Assembly: GCA_963785305.1 (NCBI GenBank)
Contig: CAWAUV010000002.1
Span: 128,001-192,000 of the forward strand
DNA: 64,000 nucleotides
Direction: 5' to 3'
Origin: an uncultured Planctomycetaceae bacterium
GTDB taxonomy: Bacteria > Planctomycetota > Planctomycetia > Pirellulales > PALSA-1355
Part shown: positions 1-11,980 of the stretch, piece by piece
Numbering within the stretch: the first letter of the stretch is position 1
How the letters are laid out: every line of letters begins with the position of its first letter
Translations under genes and position numbers: made by a program
Notes under the pieces: model-generated
The model's input: the letters and a program-made list of their open reading frames with translations, nothing else
What the model was told of the DNA's origin: nothing
The model's database searches: none

Positions 1-336
1 TGCAAGTGTCGCTCGGCGTCGATCCGGCGACCAAGCAGATGATTCTCGATGTCGAAGACACCGGCGGCGGCATCGCGGCCGAGGACTTGCCCCATGTGTT
101 CGAGCGGTTTTATCGCGGCGACAAGTCGCGCGGCCGCGGCGAACAGATTCAGGGCAACGGCCTGGGGCTCAGCATCTGCCAGGCGATTGTCGCGGCCCAC
201 AACGGCTCGATCACGGTCGAAAGCACCCTGGGCCAGGGCGCGGCGCTTTACGGTTCGCCTGCCGCTCGAATCGCCGCCGCCCGACGGGCAGGTAGTTGTA
301 ACGCAATCGACGCGTCCCGCGACCAGCGCCGTATGA
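1..336 (+). CDS. Sensor histidine kinase, C-terminal HATPase_c part (partial, frameshift near 243)
   Basis: DTGGGI..DLPHVFERFYRGDKSR..GLGLSIC..AHNGSITVES; tail FTVRLP is in another frame. Confidence 0.85.
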
Positions 337-377
337 TCGCCGCGCCACTGGCCTTTCGCGCCGAAGCATTAACCACA

Positions 378-459
378 CAAGCCTGAAGCGCTAGCGAAGT
401 ATCGCCGCGAGGCGCGATCGTCAACTGCGGCGCCGGTCTTCGCTGGCGCTTCAGGTTTG
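378..459. repeat. REP-like inverted repeat pair
   Basis: caagcctgaagcgctagcgaag (378-399) is nearly the reverse complement of cttcgctggcgcttcaggtttg (438-459); lies between convergent genes. Confidence 0.6.
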
Positions 460-472
460 TATGGCGGCCGTG

Positions 473-2059
473 TCACGCCGGCTGCATGCCCCGTCGGCCC
501 GACTCGAGGCACAAACGATTTTCGCGTGCTCAACGGCGCGCCGGGCCGGGTAACGAATTCCACGGTCCGATAGTGCGTCGTCCAGCGCTCGGGCGTGACC
601 TCGCACGACACATAGCCCCGCTCGGCGTTGAAGAACTTGACGAATGGATTTTCCGCCAGCATCTCCGACGTTTTCTTGTGCTGCTGTGCGCCATCGCCGC
701 CGGAACTGATCGAGGTGCCGACGAATTCGCTCGCCACCACCGCCGAATCGGGCCGGCTGCTATCGACTTGCAGGTCGTTTGCATAGTTGCTGTGAATGTC
801 GCCCGTCAGCACCACGGGATTGGCCACGTTGCTCGAGGCGAAGAAGTCGAGCATCCGCCGCCGGTTTGCTTCGTAGCCGGGCCATTGGTCCATGCTGTAG
901 GCCACATCGGCGCCCAAGGCGCGATCGACCCGCGCCATCATCACCTGCTGGGCGAGCGCGTTCCAGCGGGTCGTGGAAGCCGACAAGCCTTCGCGCAGCC
1001 AAGCTTCCTGCCGCGATCCGAGGAGCGTGCCCGCCGGGTCGAACGTGCCCGCGCAGGGCGGCTTGTTGCCGTTGCCGCAAGGCTGCGGAGTGCGATATTG
1101 CCGCTCGTCGAGCACGAAGAAATTGGCCAGCGCCGAACTCGAGACGGCGATAAAGCAGCATGTCGGGGCCCTGGGGCCTGCGCGGCGCAGCGGCATGTGT
1201 TCGAAATAGGCCTGATACGCTTGGGCTCGCCGCGCTAGAAACGCCTTCGGGTCCGTGCCCGCTTTTTCCGAATGGCTGCCGGCGTAGTCGTTCTGCACTT
1301 CGTGATCGTCGGGCGTCACGATCCAAGGACAATGGGCATGCGCGGCTTGCAGCAACTTGTCGGACTTATACTGCGCGTAGCGGTTGCGATAATCGTCGAG
1401 CGAGTCGCACTCCTTGTCGCCCACATGCTTCCGCACGCTCTTGGCCGAGGCGCCGTATTCATAAATGTAGTCGCCCAGGTGCAACACCAAGTCCAACTCC
1501 TCGCGGGCCATGTGCTCATAGGCGGTATAGTAGCCGTATTCGAAATGTTGACACGAGGCAAACGCCAAACGCAGCCGCTCGGGCTCTTGCTCGGCGGCGG
1601 GCATTGTGCGCGCGCGACCTACCGGACTTGTCTCGCCGGCAGCGTGAAAGCGGTACCAATACCATCGGTCGGGCGCCACGCCTTCGATTTCGACATGCAC
1701 CGCATGGGCGAGCCCGGGACTCGCCACGACCGTGCCGCTCGCGACCAGGTAGTTCATCGCTTCGTCGGCGCCACTTCCCAATCGACTTCGATGTTTTCGC
1801 GAGGCATGCCGCCGCCGATGAGCGGCTCGGGCGCGAGACGCGTCCAGATCACGAAGCCATCGGCGGTCGGATCGCCCGACGCCACGCCCAATTGAAAGGG
1901 ATAACCGCTCAGCTTGACCTCGCGCTTCGTCAGCGCGCTGGCCGGCGCGGCCAATTGCGGCCAAGCCACGGCCACGCCGCCCGCGATTAAGAACTCGCGG
2001 CGGCTCCAATGGCCCACCGCATGCGCGGGAGTTTTTCGCGGGCGATGCAATCCTGCCAT
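473..2059 (-). CDS. phoD: Alkaline phosphatase D family protein, Tat-exported (frameshifted)
   Basis: SRREFL Tat motif; FQLGVASGDP, LAFASCQ, LHLGDYIYE, DDHEVQND, VLTGDIH motifs split over 2-3 frames. Confidence 0.9.
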
Positions 2060-2325
2060 GGTCGGGCGCTTCCTCGGGGTTGAAGCAGACGGCGCCCACG
2101 CGACCCGAGGCGCTGACGCTTTTTTGAACGATTACGAACCGCGCGGTTTCATCGTAGAAGCCGAACGCCCGCGATGCAATCAAAGCCGCTCGGCGTTTTT
2201 TCGCCCGGGCGAGCCGTGTGTTCGATTGGGATTGGGCTAGCGCGTAGCAGTGCGCGCGGCGCGTAGATGTTTTCGAGCGAAACGCACTTGACCCGTCGCG
2301 GGCCTTTTTCTACCGTCGCCGGGCT

Positions 2326-3611
2326 ATGTTCGACAAACTATGCCGCTTCGCGCCGATCGGTTTCTTGCTCGCCACGACATTCGTGGCGCTGGCGGCCGAT
2401 CCCGGCGCCTGGCGCCGAGACCGGCGACGGAAATCAGATCGTGCTTCTGAGAAACGGCGAAATCATCGAAGGCGCCGCGCAACGCGCGGGCGATCATGTC
2501 GATGTGACGCAGCGCGATGGCGAGATTCATGTGCGCCTCCGGCGATGTCGAGGCGATCTGCCGCGATATGCAAGAGTGTTATCAAGTGCGGCGGAGTCAT
2601 ATCGTGATCGGCGCGGCCACCGATTATCTCAATTTGGTCGAATGGTGTTTGCGACATTCGCTGCCCCACGAAGCCGAGGCCGCGCTGGCCGAGGCCACGG
2701 TCGTGGAGCCGAATCATCCCAAGTTGGGCGTGCTCCGCAGGCGGCTGGAGTTGGCCCTTGCCCAGCCGGCGACTTCGACCGTGAGCGAGACGCGGAGCGT
2801 GGAACAAACGTCGCTCGAGGAGCTCGACCGCGCGGTGCGCTCCCTGCCGCCGCGCTCGATGGAGCAATTCACCACCACGATCCAGCCGCTCTTGCTCAAC
2901 CACTGCGCGACGGCCGGCTGCCATGGTCCCCAATCTTCGAGCGACTTCCATCTGTTGCGACTGCCGGCCAATCGCACCGCCAGCCGCCGCTCGACCCAGC
3001 GAAACCTCGTGGCGGCGTTGGCGATGATCGATCGCGACGATCCGAGCGCGAGTCCGTTGCTCACGGCCCCGAGCGGACCACATGGCACGACCACCTCGGC
3101 GATCTTTTCAAAACATCAGTCGCAGCAGTTCCGGCAAATGGTCGACTGGGTGTCCCTGGTGTGCGGACGCCGCGTCGAGCCGCTGGCCCGCGACGCCGAG
3201 GGACCGACGGAAATGGCCCCGGCCAGACTTTCGCCGGCGATGCATGAAGCGCGGCCGATCTCGGCCAGCGAGCGCCGGGCCGGCAAGAACGCGAACGGCG
3301 AGCGAACCGCTTCCGGCGAACGCTCTTCGGCCGGCGATGGGCAAGCGTTTGATCGCGCCTCGCCCTGGGCCACGGCTCCGGCCGCCACTCCGGCCAGCGC
3401 CAGCTTGCCCGCCATGCGCCCCGGGGTGCCAAACGCCGGCGCCCCGGGCGGACCGGCGGCAAATTCGCCGGCGCCGGCCAGGGCCTCGCGTTCGGAGTTG
3501 CCACTCTCCGGCAAGCCGGTCCAGCGCGGGGCCGCTGTCGAGACATTCACCCCCACCGACGAATTCGACCCGGCAATCTTCAACCGCAGCCAAGCCGGCC
3601 GGACTCCATGA
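2326..3611 (+). CDS. Hypothetical secreted protein (frameshifted) with CATAGCH motif
   Basis: Signal-like N-terminus at 2326 joins ORF 2517-3611; IQPLLLNHCATAGCHG resembles planctomycete cytochrome-c-like motifs. Confidence 0.55.
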
Positions 3612-3632
3612 AGCTCTGCGGCCCCCGCTCGC

Positions 3633-4082
3633 TTATCGCACGGCCTCGACTAAAACCCGCCCGGCCGCGACCAGCGCGAGGAATTCGCGATTGCTGTCGA
3701 GCATGTTTTCCAACCGTTCGAGTTCCGCGAGCGTGTGCCAATGCACCGACTCCACTTCCGCCGGGTCGGGCCTCGGCACGGCGTCGACCGCGAGCGAGCC
3801 GCTCCACCACGCGAGATCCACTTGCCAAGCGGTTTGGCAGCGCCATAACCGACGCCGCGGAATGAATTCGACGCCCAGTTCCTCGCGCAGTTCCCGTCGC
3901 ACGGCCGCCATTTCGCTCTCGCCCGGCTCGAGGCCGCCGCCCGGAAAGCAAAACATGCCGGGCGCCGAGATATTTCGGCTGCGACGTATGACCAGCAGTT
4001 GGGCGCCTCGCGCGATCACGGCCACGGCGCCCCGGCGGCGAACTGGACTATGGCACGATCTCGAGGGGGTGTCGACACGCAT
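3633..4082 (-). CDS. NUDIX hydrolase
   Basis: Nudix box GGGLEPGESEMAAVRRELREELG. Confidence 0.9.
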   Translation of the reverse strand: MRVDTPSRSCHSPVRRRGAVAVIARGAQLLVIRRSRNISAPGMFCFPGGGLEPGESEMAAVRRELREELGVEFIPRRRLWRCQTAWQVDLAWWSGSLAVDAVPRPDPAEVESVHWHTLAELERLENMLDSNREFLALVAAGRVLVEAVR

Positions 4083-4392
4083 GGGGGAAAAGCGATCGGT
4101 TCGTAGACCGGCAAAGCCCGGGGAACGCCAAAATACCTCAGGATTCGCCCTGCCGCGGCGGGGGATCCACTAAAATCTCGCGCCCATGGCGCCGGACTGG
4201 CCGCCCGCGCGAACCGAATGCGGCCCGAGGCGCCGGCGGGGTCGAATTTTGCCCCCGGCGTCGATACAATTCAAACGCCATTAATGTAGTATTCTTGACC
4301 AGCAGCGTATATCCCGGGCGTCGCGGATATCCCGCGGAGCCGCGCGGGGCAGCGCTGCCGTTTTTTTCTTCGGAGGGCGTCAAAAAAACAAC

Positions 4393-6506
4393 ATGGATGA
4401 AAACTCTTCGCCGCCATCGTCCAAGCCGTCCTCGGCGCCCAATCGCACGCCCTGGAGTCTGCCCAGCGTGTTCATGGTGGTCGCCCTCTCGCTGATGGTT
4501 TGGTGGATGTTGGTCCGGTTCAACGGTAGCAGCTCCACCGAAATCAGCTACGACGCGTTCCGCGAACAGTTGCAGGCCGACAACATCGCCACGGCCCGTT
4601 TTGTCGGCAAACGCCAAATCGAAGGCGAGTTTCGCCACGTGCTGCCGGTGGCCGACAAAGCGGCCGCGGCCAAGTCGGACGACTCCAAATCGGGCGCCGG
4701 CAAATCGGGAGACCGCGGGCCGAAAAGCGACAAAGCCGCGGCCGATAAATCGTCGCATGGCGCCGACTCCGACCATGGCGCGACGAAGCCGGAAAAATCG
4801 TCGCCCGACGCCTCGAAGCTTGCCTACTCCGTGGTGCTGAGCCCGCTCCTCGAGGGACATGGCGAAGAGCTCGACCACGAGTTGCTCTCCCACCATGTCA
4901 AAGTCTTGAACGAGCCCGACACCGATGGCTCGGCGATGCTGCTCATGATGTACCTGCTCGTGAGCGTGTCGCTATTTGCCATCGCTTGGATGCTTTGGAG
5001 CCGCATGCGCGATCAGAATGATGGGCGGCGGCATCTTGCAAGGGTTCAGCAAAAGCCCGGCCAAACGCTACGAGGCCTCGACCAAGAACCCGATCACATT
5101 CGCCAATGTCGCCGGGCTCGAAGGCGTGAAAAACGACCTGCAAGAAGTGGTCGACTTCCTCAAAAGTCCCGAGCGCTTTCAGCGCCTCGGCGGGCGAGTG
5201 CCCAAGGGCATTCTACTCATGGGGCCGCCGGGAACCGGAAAAACACTGCTGGCCCGGGCCGTGGCCGGCGAGGCGGGCGTGCCGTTTTTCTCGATCTCGG
5301 GCTCCGAATTCATTCAAATGTTCGTCGGTGTCGGCGCCAGCCGGGTGCGCGATATGTTCAAAACCGCCAAGGAGGCCGCGCCGTCGATTCTCTTTATCGA
5401 CGAGATCGACGCCGTGGGCCGGGTGCGCGGCGCCGGGCTGGGGGGCGGACACGACGAACGCGAGCAAACGCTCAATCAGATTCTCAGCGAGATGGATGGC
5501 TTCAGCCAAACCGAATCGGTGATCGTGCTCGCCTCGACAAATCGCCCCGATGTGCTCGACCCCGCCCTGCTTAGGCCGGGCCGCTTCGATCGGCATATCA
5601 CGGTCGATCGGCCGAATCACAAAGGCCGCGTCGAGATTCTGCAAGTCCACTCGCGCGAGGTGCCGCTGGCCGACGACGTGGATCTCGACCGCATCGCCAG
5701 CGGCTCCGTCGGCATGACCGGCGCCGACCTGCGCAATCTGGTCAACGAAGCCGCGCTCTGGGCAGCGCAACAACGAAGATCAGGTCAGCATGCGCAACTT
5801 CGAACACGCGCACGACAAAGTATTGATGGGCCCCAAGCGCGACGAAGTGCTCACCGGCAAGGAAAAAACCATGACCGCCTACCACGAAGCCGGCCACGCG
5901 CTCTTGGCTTGGTTCGTGCCCGGCGCCGATCGCGTTCACAAGGTCACGATCATTCCCCGCGGTCGCGCTCTGGGCGTGACACAGCTTCTGCCCGACGAAG
6001 ACCGCATGAATATCGGCGAAACCGAGCTGCATGCCCGGCTGGTGTTTATTCTTGGCGGTCGGGCGGCGGAGAAGCTGGTATTCAGTGAGTTCAGCGCCGG
6101 CGCCGAAAACGACCTGACCCAATGCACGCGACTTGCTCGCCGCATGGTCACCGCCTGGGGCATGAGCGAGCGGCTCGGCCCGGTGGCGTATCGGCAGAGC
6201 GAGGAGCACCCGTTCCTGGGCAAGGAAATCTACGAGCAGCGCGAATTCAGCGACCACACCGCGCGGTTGATCGATGAGGAAGTGGCGCGCATCCTGCATG
6301 CCGCCGACCAGCGCACGATGGAGATTCTCGCGCATAAGCGCGAGCAGTTGGATCTTTTGGCCGGGGAGCTTGAAAAACACGAGATGCTCGACGAGCACGA
6401 CATCGAACAACTGATTGGCCCCTCGAGCCGCGGCCGCGCCAAAACCAACGGCCGCGCCGACGCCCCCGACGTCCCCGGCGGCGTGATCGGCCCCGGCATC
6501 CGCTAG
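4393..6506 (+). CDS. ftsH: ATP-dependent zinc metalloprotease FtsH (frameshifts near 5020 and 5765)
   Basis: Two TM helices, [41 protein letters not shown] zinc motif. Confidence 0.95.
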
Positions 6507-6587
6507 CAGCCAGTTGAATATGTCAACGGGCCGCTAATGTGCGGCCCGAGATGGAAACACATCAAGCACTGTCGTGCATCGAGGGGT

Positions 6588-6980
6588 TTACAGAATCCGC
6601 GCTTTGATGCGGCGATTATCGGGTCGGGTGGTCCATGATACGAAAGCCAGAATCGTGAAGAGCACGGGGACTATGACTTTTATCGGGGCGTCTCCAACGG
6701 CAAGATGAGATGCCGCCGCGCCGGTGAGATCGAACACAATCCCCGCGTAGGCCCATTCCTTGAGAAGGGGCGCTCGAGGAACGAGGATCGCCACGCAACC
6801 GAGGATTTTCCAGATGCCCAAGATGACACAGAAATATTCCGGGTAACCCAGTTGCTTTACGCCTTCGACGACCGGCTGAATTCTCAATACATCGGCGATC
6901 CCTCCCGATCCCATCACGAATGCAATAACGAAAGTCGCGGTCCAATATGCGATCGCACGCCATTTGGCTGAAGCCATCAT
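6588..6980 (-). CDS. DoxX-like membrane protein
   Basis: LGYPEYF..LGIWKILG..LKEWAYAG..AAASH pattern. Confidence 0.85.
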   Translation of the reverse strand: MMASAKWRAIAYWTATFVIAFVMGSGGIADVLRIQPVVEGVKQLGYPEYFCVILGIWKILGCVAILVPRAPLLKEWAYAGIVFDLTGAAASHLAVGDAPIKVIVPVLFTILAFVSWTTRPDNRRIKARIL

Positions 6981-7337
6981 GTCACTCCTTGGATTGTGTT
7001 CTCGACATAAGTTCGCAGTATCGGCCTATTAAGTGGCCTCGCGTTCAGGGTGAATCCAGCGTGCGCGTATCCTATTCGCGGCGCTGTTTTGTGGATCGAT
7101 GATAAGCTCACGCGGTTTGATTCACCCTGGCCCGCGCCATTTTGTCGGGAGCGGACAACCGTGACATGCGTCGCGTTGGTTGGTCGTTTGCTTGGGGCGG
7201 CCGAGTGATGACCGACCTTCGCGGACGGAAGTTTGTCGGCCGATTGAACAGGCCGCCGGAGCGAGGAAGCAGCTCGGTGTGGTTTATTACGCGAAGTATC
7301 GCGAGCAGCGCCGGTTGAATTACCCTCGGGCGACCCG

Positions 7338-8207
7338 TCAGCGATCGAAGAGCCGCTCGACGGCGCGGACCGTGGCGGCGCGGCCGGCGCGGCCGATCGA
7401 GGTGGTGAGCGGAATTTTTTTAGGGCACACCGCCACGCAATTTTGGGCGTTGCCGCAAACCTGGATGCCGCCCGGCGCCATCAGGGCATCGATTCGTGTC
7501 CGCGCGTTGAGCTTGCCCGTCGGGTTGGCGTTGTAATAGATCGCCTGGTTGATCGCATGCGCCCCGACGAACGCTTGGTCGAACACCACATCGCGCCGCG
7601 CGGCGTGTTGCACGGCGGTTTCGCCCGGCGCCGGCGGAACATCGATCCGGTCGTATTGCGGACACGCTTCCACGCAGCAGCCGCAGCTCATGCACTCGCT
7701 GAGCGGATAGGCCGCGGTTTGCTGGCTCCGCGATTGGCGCGGGCCGGGACCCAGATCGTAGTAACCGTCGGCCTCGATCCAGGCATGCACTTTTTCGAGT
7801 GCGCGAAACAGCCGCCGTCGGTCGACGCAAAGATCGCGCACCACCGGAAACTTGCTCATCGGACGGAGCTCGATTTCGTCGGGCTGGTCGGCAAGCAGCT
7901 TATCGACCAGGGCCGAACATGCCTGACGCGTGCGGCCGTTGATGAGCATCGTGCAACTGCCGCATACTTCTTCGAGACAATTGGCGTCGTAGGCCACGGG
8001 CGCCACCGGTTTCCCGTCGGCGCTTTTCGCCGAAGCGGCGATCGCTTGGAGCACGCTGGTGATGTTCATGTCCGGAACCCAGTCCAGGCGATGACGTTCC
8101 CAGTAGCTGGGCTTGTCGGCGCAGTCTTGCCGCAACACGCGCACCATGAAGGAGCGACCGGCCGGCGAAGAAGTCGAATGGGCGTCGGAACTGGCGGAAA
8201 CGTTCAT
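7338..8207 (-). CDS. sdhB: Succinate dehydrogenase iron-sulfur subunit
   Basis: CLEEVCGSC, CMSCGCCVEACP, CGNAQNCVAVCPK. Confidence 0.93.
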   Translation of the reverse strand: MNVSASSDAHSTSSPAGRSFMVRVLRQDCADKPSYWERHRLDWVPDMNITSVLQAIAASAKSADGKPVAPVAYDANCLEEVCGSCTMLINGRTRQACSALVDKLLADQPDEIELRPMSKFPVVRDLCVDRRRLFRALEKVHAWIEADGYYDLGPGPRQSRSQQTAAYPLSECMSCGCCVEACPQYDRIDVPPAPGETAVQHAARRDVVFDQAFVGAHAINQAIYYNANPTGKLNARTRIDALMAPGGIQVCGNAQNCVAVCPKKIPLTTSIGRAGRAATVRAVERLFDR

Positions 8208-8233
8208 GCGTGTCCTTTTTCGAGCATGTCTTT

Positions 8234-10289
8234 TTACGATGCATGGGCGCCGACCGAAGCCGGCTTCGAAGCGCCATTGGAGCTCCCCGCGCCTGGCGAA
8301 CCCGCCGCCATCGGCAGCGAGGCCTGCCGACCGCTGAGCGGCGGCCTTGGCGGCGAGGCGTTGTTTCCAAACTTCGTCGATCACTTCGGCGCCCGCCAAG
8401 CCATAGAGCCGCGGGCGAGGCGGGATCAGCGAAGTATCGACCTCTTCATACGTGATGATCGGCTTGCCATCGGGCCCGCAGGTGGCAATCGTGCTTTTGA
8501 CCCATTTGCGAGTGTTTTCCTCGAACCGGTCGCACCATTCTTCCGCATGGCGCCGCTTCTCGGCCGGATCGGTCGCATCAATGCCGGGCATGGAAAACTC
8601 GGGCTTGTAATGCGCCCCGCGACATTCGTCGCGCTGCAGCGCTCCCAAGAGCAGCGCCTTGGCCAGCGGCATCATATCGTTCAGAGCGCGGGCAAACACC
8701 ACGTTTTGATTGGTCCAGTTGCCCGTATCCGAAAGCGAGCAGCGACCGGCGCTCGGCGAGGTCGTCGACCGTGGCGCAGGCGGCCGAAGCGATTCGTTTT
8801 CGCGGACCACGGTGGCGGCCTTCGTCATCACAAGCCCCAAATCCTGGTGCAAGCGATAGGGATTGTCGCCGCCGCCCGGGCGCTTGAGCAGGGTTTCGTA
8901 GGCCGCGCGCGATGCTTGGCGAGCGCGGCTTCCATAGAGACCGGTCTGCTCGGCCGCCGCCTGCTTCGAGCCCGAGAGCAGCTTGGCCACGCCCGGGGCC
9001 ACGAATAGTCCGCTGAAGATGCAGCTCAGCAGCGAATTGGCGCCGAGTCGATTGGCCCCGTGGTACTGATAATCGCATTCGCCGATCGCATAGAGGCCGG
9101 GAATGCTGGTCTGCTGATTGCGCGGCGAGGCGACGACGAGTCCGCCCGTGGCGCTGCGTTCGTAGTCGACCCAAATGCCGCCCATCGAGTAATGCACGGC
9201 CGGAAAGATTTTCATGGGCGTGTCGCGGGGATCGACGCCCTGGAACTTTTCGTAGATATCGAGAATGCCGCCGAGCTTCAGGTCGAGCGTCTCGCGGGGA
9301 ATGTGCGTGAGATCGAGATACACGCAGAGGCGATCCTTTTCCACGCTGAGCCCGTCTTTGGTGCAGACGCTGAAGATTTCGCGCGTGGCGATATCGCGCG
9401 GCACCAGATTGCCGTATTTGGGGTAGCGCTCTTCAAGGAAATAGTAACGCTCGCCCTCGGGAATCGAACGCGGCGGGCGCGGGTCTTGCGGAGTGCGCGG
9501 CGTCCACACTCGGCCGCCCTCGCCGCGAGCGCTTTCGCTCATGAGCCGCAGTTTGTCGGCGCCGGGAATCGCGGTCGGGTGAACTTGAATAAACTCGGCG
9601 TTGCCATATTTGGCCCCGGCCTGATACACGCGACTCGCCGCGCCGCCGGTGCAAACCATCGACATCGTCGAGCCGCCAAACAGGAGCCCGCAGCCGCCCG
9701 AGGCCATAATCACGGCGTCGGCCGGAAAGACCCGAATCTCCATCGTCACCAAGTCTTGGGCCACGCAGCCGCGGCAGACGCCGTGGTCATCGAGCACGGG
9801 CCCGAGAAAGTCCCAGAACTCGAACTGCCGCACCTGGCCTTCGACCGTCCAGCGGCGCACCTGATCGTCGAGGGCGTAGAGCAGTTGTTGGCCGGTGGTG
9901 GCGCCGGCGAACGCGGTGCGTTTGAAGAGTGTGCCGCCGAAGCGGCGCTGATCGCGAAATCCCTCGGGAGTGCGATTGAAAGGCACGCCCAGGCGGTCCA
10001 TCAGGTCGACGATCTTCGGCCCCCATTCGGTCATTTCCTTGACCGGCGGCTGATGCTGGAGAAAATCACCGCCGTACACGGTGTCGTCGAGGTGCAGCCA
10101 CTCATTATCGCCTTGCTGGCGGGTGAGGCTGTTGACGCTATTGATGCCGCCCTGGGCGCAGACGCTGTGCGAGCGCTTGACCGGAGTGAGGCTCAAGAGG
10201 TCGACATCGACGCCGAGCTCGGCCAGCTTCATGGTCGCCGAAAGTCCGGCCAGCCCGCCGCCGACGATTACTACCCGTTGCTTCACCAT
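8234..10289 (-). CDS. sdhA: Succinate dehydrogenase flavoprotein subunit (frameshifted near 3' end)
   Basis: GGGLAGL, RSHSVCAQGG, QVHPT, HYSMGG, HGANRLGANSL; alternative-frame stop at 8234-8236. Confidence 0.93.
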
Positions 10290-10298
10290 GAATATCGC

Positions 10299-11120
10299 TC
10301 ACTTGGTTTGAGGGCCCGCGGTAGGATCGAACGCCGTGGCGCGTGGATCATGGGGGCTCGGCGCCGGCGGTTCCTCGCCGCGGAGCCGCAGCCGTTCTTC
10401 TTCCATCCGCTGCTCGACCAACCGGGCCTGCGTGGTGTCGACGTGCATGAAGCCCCACAGGGCGCTGAGCCCCACGGTGGCAAGGAAGAGGCCGGCGACA
10501 ATGCTGATCCAGTTGGCGCGTCGCTGGGCGGCGGGCGTGACCCACAAGCCCCAGGTGATGCCCCAGGTCCAGAGGCCATTGCAGAAATGGTAGACACAGG
10601 CGAGCACCCCGACAACATACACGGGCGGAGCCCAGACCGAGGTTTGCAGCGCCTCGCCAGTCGAACTTGCGGCATGATCCACCACGAACTTGCCGCCACC
10701 CAGGCTGGAGCCCAAATGATGCAAATGGATGATGTGGAAGACGATATAGAAAAACGCGATGATGCCGGTCGCTCGCTGGAGCACATAGCGCACATTGCTG
10801 ATCGTGCGGTAGTGGTTCGTGTTGGGCACGCTGCCGCTGATGATGAGCCAGCCGATGGCGGCGTGAAACATGAGCGGGAGGAAAATGAAAATCCATTCGA
10901 TCGCCGGCAGCGCCACCCCCAGCGAATGGATGCCGTCGACCTTGTCTTGAAACGTGGCCACGTTGTCGAGAATCGTGGCGTTGGTCAGCAGGTGAATCGC
11001 CATGTAGCCACCGATCGGCACGATGCCGCACAGCGAAAACAGGCGATAGATTACGAACTGATGCCTCACGAGAAACGAGCCTTGCGGCGCCGTGACACTA
11101 GCGGGGGGCGAGTTTTCCAC
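10299..11120 (-). CDS. sdhC: Succinate dehydrogenase cytochrome b558 subunit
   Basis: Multiple TM helices with heme His residues, directly upstream of sdhA; GTG start inferred. Confidence 0.88.
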   Translation of the reverse strand: MENSPPASVTAPQGSFLVRHQFVIYRLFSLCGIVPIGGYMAIHLLTNATILDNVATFQDKVDGIHSLGVALPAIEWIFIFLPLMFHAAIGWLIISGSVPNTNHYRTISNVRYVLQRATGIIAFFYIVFHIIHLHHLGSSLGGGKFVVDHAASSTGEALQTSVWAPPVYVVGVLACVYHFCNGLWTWGITWGLWVTPAAQRRANWISIVAGLFLATVGLSALWGFMHVDTTQARLVEQRMEEERLRLRGEEPPAPSPHDPRATAFDPTAGPQTK

Positions 11121-11481
11121 GAACGATTCCTCGGTCTCTCGAGTGACGAACTTCCGCCTCGCGGCCGCCCACACGGCGCTGATCCATCGCGGCGGAAGGG
11201 GCGGCGCGCATTGCAGTTTCCCGCTCTCAAAGTATAGGAACGCGGCGCCGCGTCGCAAGTCGCGTCGGGAGCGAGTGGTTTTCGCGGGGTGAGCCCGGCT
11301 CGCTCGCGCGGGATGTTATTTTATTCGAGTAATACGTTCTGATTATATACAATGCCGTCGAGGGCGTCGGCTGGACCGAGCGGCGGAGCGATTGACCGCT
11401 GAATTTGTCCTCGCCCACGCACAACGCATCGGCGGTCGACGGCGGTTAAATCTCGATCGAATTCTCGCCGGCGGAAAAAAA

Positions 11482-11887
11482 TTGAAGCTGCTCTTTCAAA
11501 TTGGCCTCGTGGCGCTGGGATCGGCGGTGGGGGGAACTCTGCGCTGGGGCGTGGGCGTCGCCGCTTCGAGGCTCTGGGGCGCGACGCTTCCTTACGGCAC
11601 CTTCATAATCAACATGTCGGGCTGCTTGTTTCTCGGCTGGTTCGTCACGCTTGTCGGTGAGAAGCTCGCCTTGAGCGAGCGCGCCTGGCTGGCCCAAGAC
11701 GATCTTCGGCTGCTGGTCGCCGTGGGTTTCACCGGGGCTTATACCACGTTTTCCACCTTCGAACTCGAAACGAGCCGACTGTTTGGCGATGGCGAGTCCG
11801 TGGCCGGTTGGCTGTATGTGCTGCTCAGCGTGGCGATTGGACTCGCGGCGATTCGGCTCGGCGTGGCGCGTGGCGCGGCTTGGCTAA
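11482..11887 (+). CDS. crcB: Fluoride efflux channel Fluc/CrcB
   Basis: GSAVGGTLRW, PYGTFIINMSG, GFTGAYTTFSTF; likely frameshift near 3' end. Confidence 0.9.
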
Positions 11888-11964
11888 GGGCCTTTCCGAG
11901 AACTTCGGCGGGCCCTCGCCCTACCCTCTCCCACGGGGGGAGAGCGAGTTGTCGGATAGGCTCT
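11887..11964. repeat. ~78-bp MITE/REP-like element, copy 1
   Basis: Imperfect terminal inverted repeats agggcctttccgagaact / agttgtcggataggctct around a ctctccc..gggagag hairpin; similar copy at 28841-28917. Confidence 0.6.
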
Positions 11965-11980
11965 CAATGAGCGGTTTTCC

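Noticed and set aside
7338..10289. Apparent 983-aa SdhA-SdhB fusion
   Set aside because: A natural-looking SdhA tail and stop (8234) exist in another frame and SdhB has its own ATG (8207); an indel artefact is more likely.
11290..11480. Fluoride riboswitch upstream of crcB (also checked before ppa, ~40635-40690)
   Set aside because: I could not find the full consensus motif by eye at either site.
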